Shown here: one piece after another, positions 63,810 through 64,000 of the stretch
Numbering within the stretch: position 1 is the stretch's first letter
Layout of the letters: each line of letters starts with the position of its first letter
Source: Squalus acanthias
Lineage: Eukaryota
DNA: 64,000 bases
Assembly: GCA_030390025.1 (NCBI GenBank)
Contig: CM059432.1
Span: 143,284,001-143,348,000, forward strand
Reading direction: 5' to 3'
The notes under the pieces: model-generated
Told to the model about the DNA's origin: nothing
Database searches by the model: none
The model's input: only the letters and a program-made list of their open reading frames with translations
Translations under genes and position numbers: made by a program

Positions 63810-64000
63810 ATTCATTCTGGGGATGTGGGCATCGCTGGCAAGGCTAGCATTTATTGTCCATTCCTATTTGCCCTAACTGAATGGCTTGCTGGGCCACTTC
63901 AGAGAGCAGTTAAGAGTCAACAATGTTGGCGAGGGACTGGAGTCAGGTATAGGCCCACACCAGGTAAGGACAGCAGGTTTCCTTCCCTATAGGACAGCAG
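63810..64000 (-). mobile_element. SINE 3' portion
   Basis: Reverse complement of 60510-60755. Confidence 0.6.

Overview
Eukaryotic, almost entirely transposon-derived window, most likely from a shark or other cartilaginous fish (inferred from HE1/V-SINE, DeuSINE and CR1 content). No host protein-coding gene is supported. Decayed CR1 LINEs carry nested insertions: a CsRn1-type Gypsy element, five PIF/Harbinger copies (one apparently fully intact), Harbinger MITEs, an RTE LINE with a 5' inversion, Penelope fragments with hammerhead motifs, SINEs and minisatellites. The standout is a young 8.9-kb retrovirus-like provirus (36018-44937) with apparently identical 1462-bp LTRs, a 4-bp TSD and a tRNA-Arg PBS overlapping the gag ATG. 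Its gag has a CCHC knuckle and overlapping PSAP/PPxY late domains, and there is no pol. In place of pol, an in-frame non-enzymatic 373-codon ORF follows a UGA-CUAG readthrough signal and hairpin. Its env joins an Ig-like domain to a furin-cleaved, F-like class I fusion protein reminiscent of lokiretrovirus Env. All calls were made by eye; no searches or alignments were run.
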